From Escherichia coli (GTDB lineage Bacteria > Pseudomonadota > Gammaproteobacteria > Enterobacterales > Enterobacteriaceae), in NCBI RefSeq assembly GCF_003334815.1, contig NZ_QOWO01000138.1: DNA of 253 bases, one strand, 5' to 3'. A model generated the notes under the pieces. That model did not search any database and had not been told where the DNA came from. It worked only from the letters and a program-made list of their open reading frames with translations. A program made the translations under genes and the position numbers. Below, piece after piece: positions 1-253 of the stretch (the stretch's first letter is position 1; each line of letters opens with the position of its first letter).

Positions 1-2
1 GC

Positions 3-251
3 GAGAGAGCGTTGCCGCAGGCAACGACCCGAAGGGCGAAGCGCGCAGCGCTGAGTAATCCTTCCCCCACCACCATCACTTTCAAAAGCCCCGGAATTCT
101 CAAACGAATCCGCAATCAAATATTCTGCCCAAGCGGGGAAGGATGAGAAGCTTCGACCAAGGTTCGACTTGAGCGCCAGCGAGAGAGCGTTGCCGCAGGC
201 AACGACCCGAAGGGCGAAGCGCGCAGCGCTGAGTAATCCTTCCCCCACCAC
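3..251 (-). CDS. Hypothetical stop-free reading frame on the minus strand (fragment, open at both window ends); no recognisable product
   Basis: Minus-strand codons occupying plus triplets 249-251 down to 3-5 contain no stop over 83 codons. Translation: [83 protein letters not shown]. Plus-strand tca occurs only at 76, 82, 100 and 116 (all out of this frame); no tta or cta anywhere. Caveats: the 178-bp period is not a multiple of 3, so the two repeat copies are read in different frames; the second half is Arg-rich like off-frame GC-rich sequence; third-position GC is about 70% in the first 40 codons but about 53% in the rest; no similarity search possible. An ATG on the minus strand at plus 76-74 (MVVGEGLL...) is a possible start in a different frame. 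Confidence 0.15.
10..26. other. Perfect hairpin: 7-bp stem CGTTGCC / GGCAACG with 3-nt loop GCA
   Basis: Seen directly: 10-16 cgttgcc is the exact reverse complement of 20-26 ggcaacg, loop 17-19 gca. All seven pairs are Watson-Crick. No U/T tract follows on either strand, so it is not an intrinsic terminator. Function unknown. Confidence 0.45.
40..52. other. Hairpin: 5-bp stem AGCGC / GCGCT with 3-nt loop GCA
   Basis: Seen directly: 40-44 agcgc pairs with 48-52 gcgct, loop 45-47 gca. It lies in a GC-palindromic tract (gcgcgc, agcgct), so alternative registers exist. Function unknown. Confidence 0.35.
58..144. repeat. 10-bp perfect inverted repeat pair: ATCCTTCCCC (58-67) and GGGGAAGGAT (135-144), bracketing the AT-richer core
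   Basis: Seen directly: the reverse complement of 58-67 equals 135-144 exactly. Extension fails on both sides (57 a vs 145 g; 68 c vs 134 c). The left arm is inside the 75-bp repeat, so 236-245 is also complementary to 135-144. Biological meaning not established. Confidence 0.6.
188..204. other. Second copy of the 7-bp stem / GCA-loop hairpin (inside repeat copy 2)
   Basis: Identical sequence to 10-26, shifted by 178 nt. Confidence 0.45.
218..230. other. Second copy of the 5-bp stem / GCA-loop hairpin (inside repeat copy 2)
   Basis: Identical sequence to 40-52, shifted by 178 nt. Confidence 0.35.
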
Positions 252-253
252 CA

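Larger units (their letters stand above)
1..75. repeat. 75-bp perfect direct repeat, copy 1 (identical to 179-253)
   Basis: Base-by-base comparison: positions 1-75 (gcgagagagcgttgcc...ccttcccccaccacca) match 179-253 at 75/75 positions. Copy GC is 50/75. Whether the repeat extends left of position 1 cannot be determined because the window starts here. Confidence 0.95.
179..253. repeat. 75-bp perfect direct repeat, copy 2 (identical to 1-75); implies period 178 bp
   Basis: Same 75/75 identity; offset between copies is 178 nt. The window ends exactly at the last matching base, so the true repeat length and copy number are unknown. Confidence 0.95.

Noticed and set aside
10-52. Rho-independent terminator
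   Set aside because: The GC-rich hairpins are not followed by a T/U tract on either strand.
51-57. Hammerhead ribozyme core (CUGANGA) in a viroid-like circular RNA
   Set aside because: The sequence is CUGAGUA; the conserved G at core position 6 is U. No GAAA partner motif in the right context. A 178-nt circle is also smaller than known viroid-like RNAs.
56-75. tRNA or tmRNA 3' end (repeat ends ...cccccaccacca; GGTTCGA T-loop-like motif at 161-167; tag-like peptide ending at TAA 56-58)
   Set aside because: The 5 nt flanking the putative T-loop (158-162 and 170-174) do not base-pair, no acceptor stem partner exists, and the CCA lies only 17 nt after the stop codon, too close for tmRNA architecture. 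The peptide does not end in the hydrophobic Ala-Ala-type terminus typical of tmRNA tags.
68-79. Run of His codons (cac cac cat cac) suggesting an affinity tag or engineered construct
   Set aside because: The frame is closed 4 codons upstream by TAA (56-58) and has no start codon. On the opposite strand it reads as VMVV. The EcoRI (94-99) and HindIII (148-153) sites are single 6-mers expected by chance. No evidence of a vector.
81-126. Sigma70-type promoter (TTCAAA ... TATTCT)
   Set aside because: The hexamers are 34 nt apart against an optimal 16-18. No alternative -35 at correct spacing scores well.
12-146. Plus-strand TTG-initiated frame 12-146 (44 codons)
   Set aside because: Non-canonical start with no convincing SD, Arg/Lys-rich low-complexity translation typical of off-frame GC-rich sequence, and it terminates inside the unique segment. 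Treated as a chance ORF.
143-172. Plus-strand ORF ATG 143 to TGA 170-172 with purine-rich GGGGAAGG immediately upstream
   Set aside because: Only 9 codons (MRSFDQGST). The SD-like purine run abuts the ATG with essentially no spacer. No support for a real gene.
1-253. CRISPR array (repeat-spacer-repeat)
   Set aside because: The repeat is 75 bp, well above typical CRISPR repeat lengths, with only two copies and a 103-bp intervening segment. No further periodicity is visible. This is not CRISPR-like.
1-253. Insertion sequence or MITE with terminal inverted repeats, or LTR-like element
   Set aside because: The window ends are direct, not inverted, repeats. The 10-bp inverted pair (58-67 / 135-144) straddles the repeat boundary rather than delimiting an insertion, no target-site duplication is evident, and 103 bp of internal sequence is too small for any autonomous element.
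1-253. Concatemeric template for a repeat-encoded endless ORF, by analogy with defence reverse-transcriptase rolling-circle products
   Set aside because: The 178-nt period is not a multiple of 3 and the best minus-strand ORF closes after about 110 codons. Such concatemers are cDNA products not normally present in genomic sequence. No reverse transcriptase gene is visible in this window. Kept only as a remote idea.

Overview
253-bp window, about 60% GC (151/253 by my count). The dominant feature is a perfect 75-bp direct repeat at the two ends (1-75 identical to 179-253, period 178 bp), separated by a 103-bp unique segment (76-178) whose core (76-130) is AT-richer. The window starts and ends exactly on the repeat edges, so I cannot tell whether this is a tandem array, a segmental duplication, or terminal redundancy of a small circular contig. 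I find no rRNA, tRNA, tmRNA, CRISPR array, transposon ends, convincing promoter or terminator, or recognisable protein. The plus strand has stops in all three frames. The minus strand has one frame with no stop across the whole window (83 codons), but it reads the two repeat copies in different frames, so coding evidence is weak. The repeat carries two perfect hairpins with GCA loops, and a 10-bp perfect inverted repeat (58-67 / 135-144) brackets the AT-richer core. I cannot support a defined novel system from 253 nt; the findings below are structural observations and testable hypotheses. No database search or folding computation was possible.
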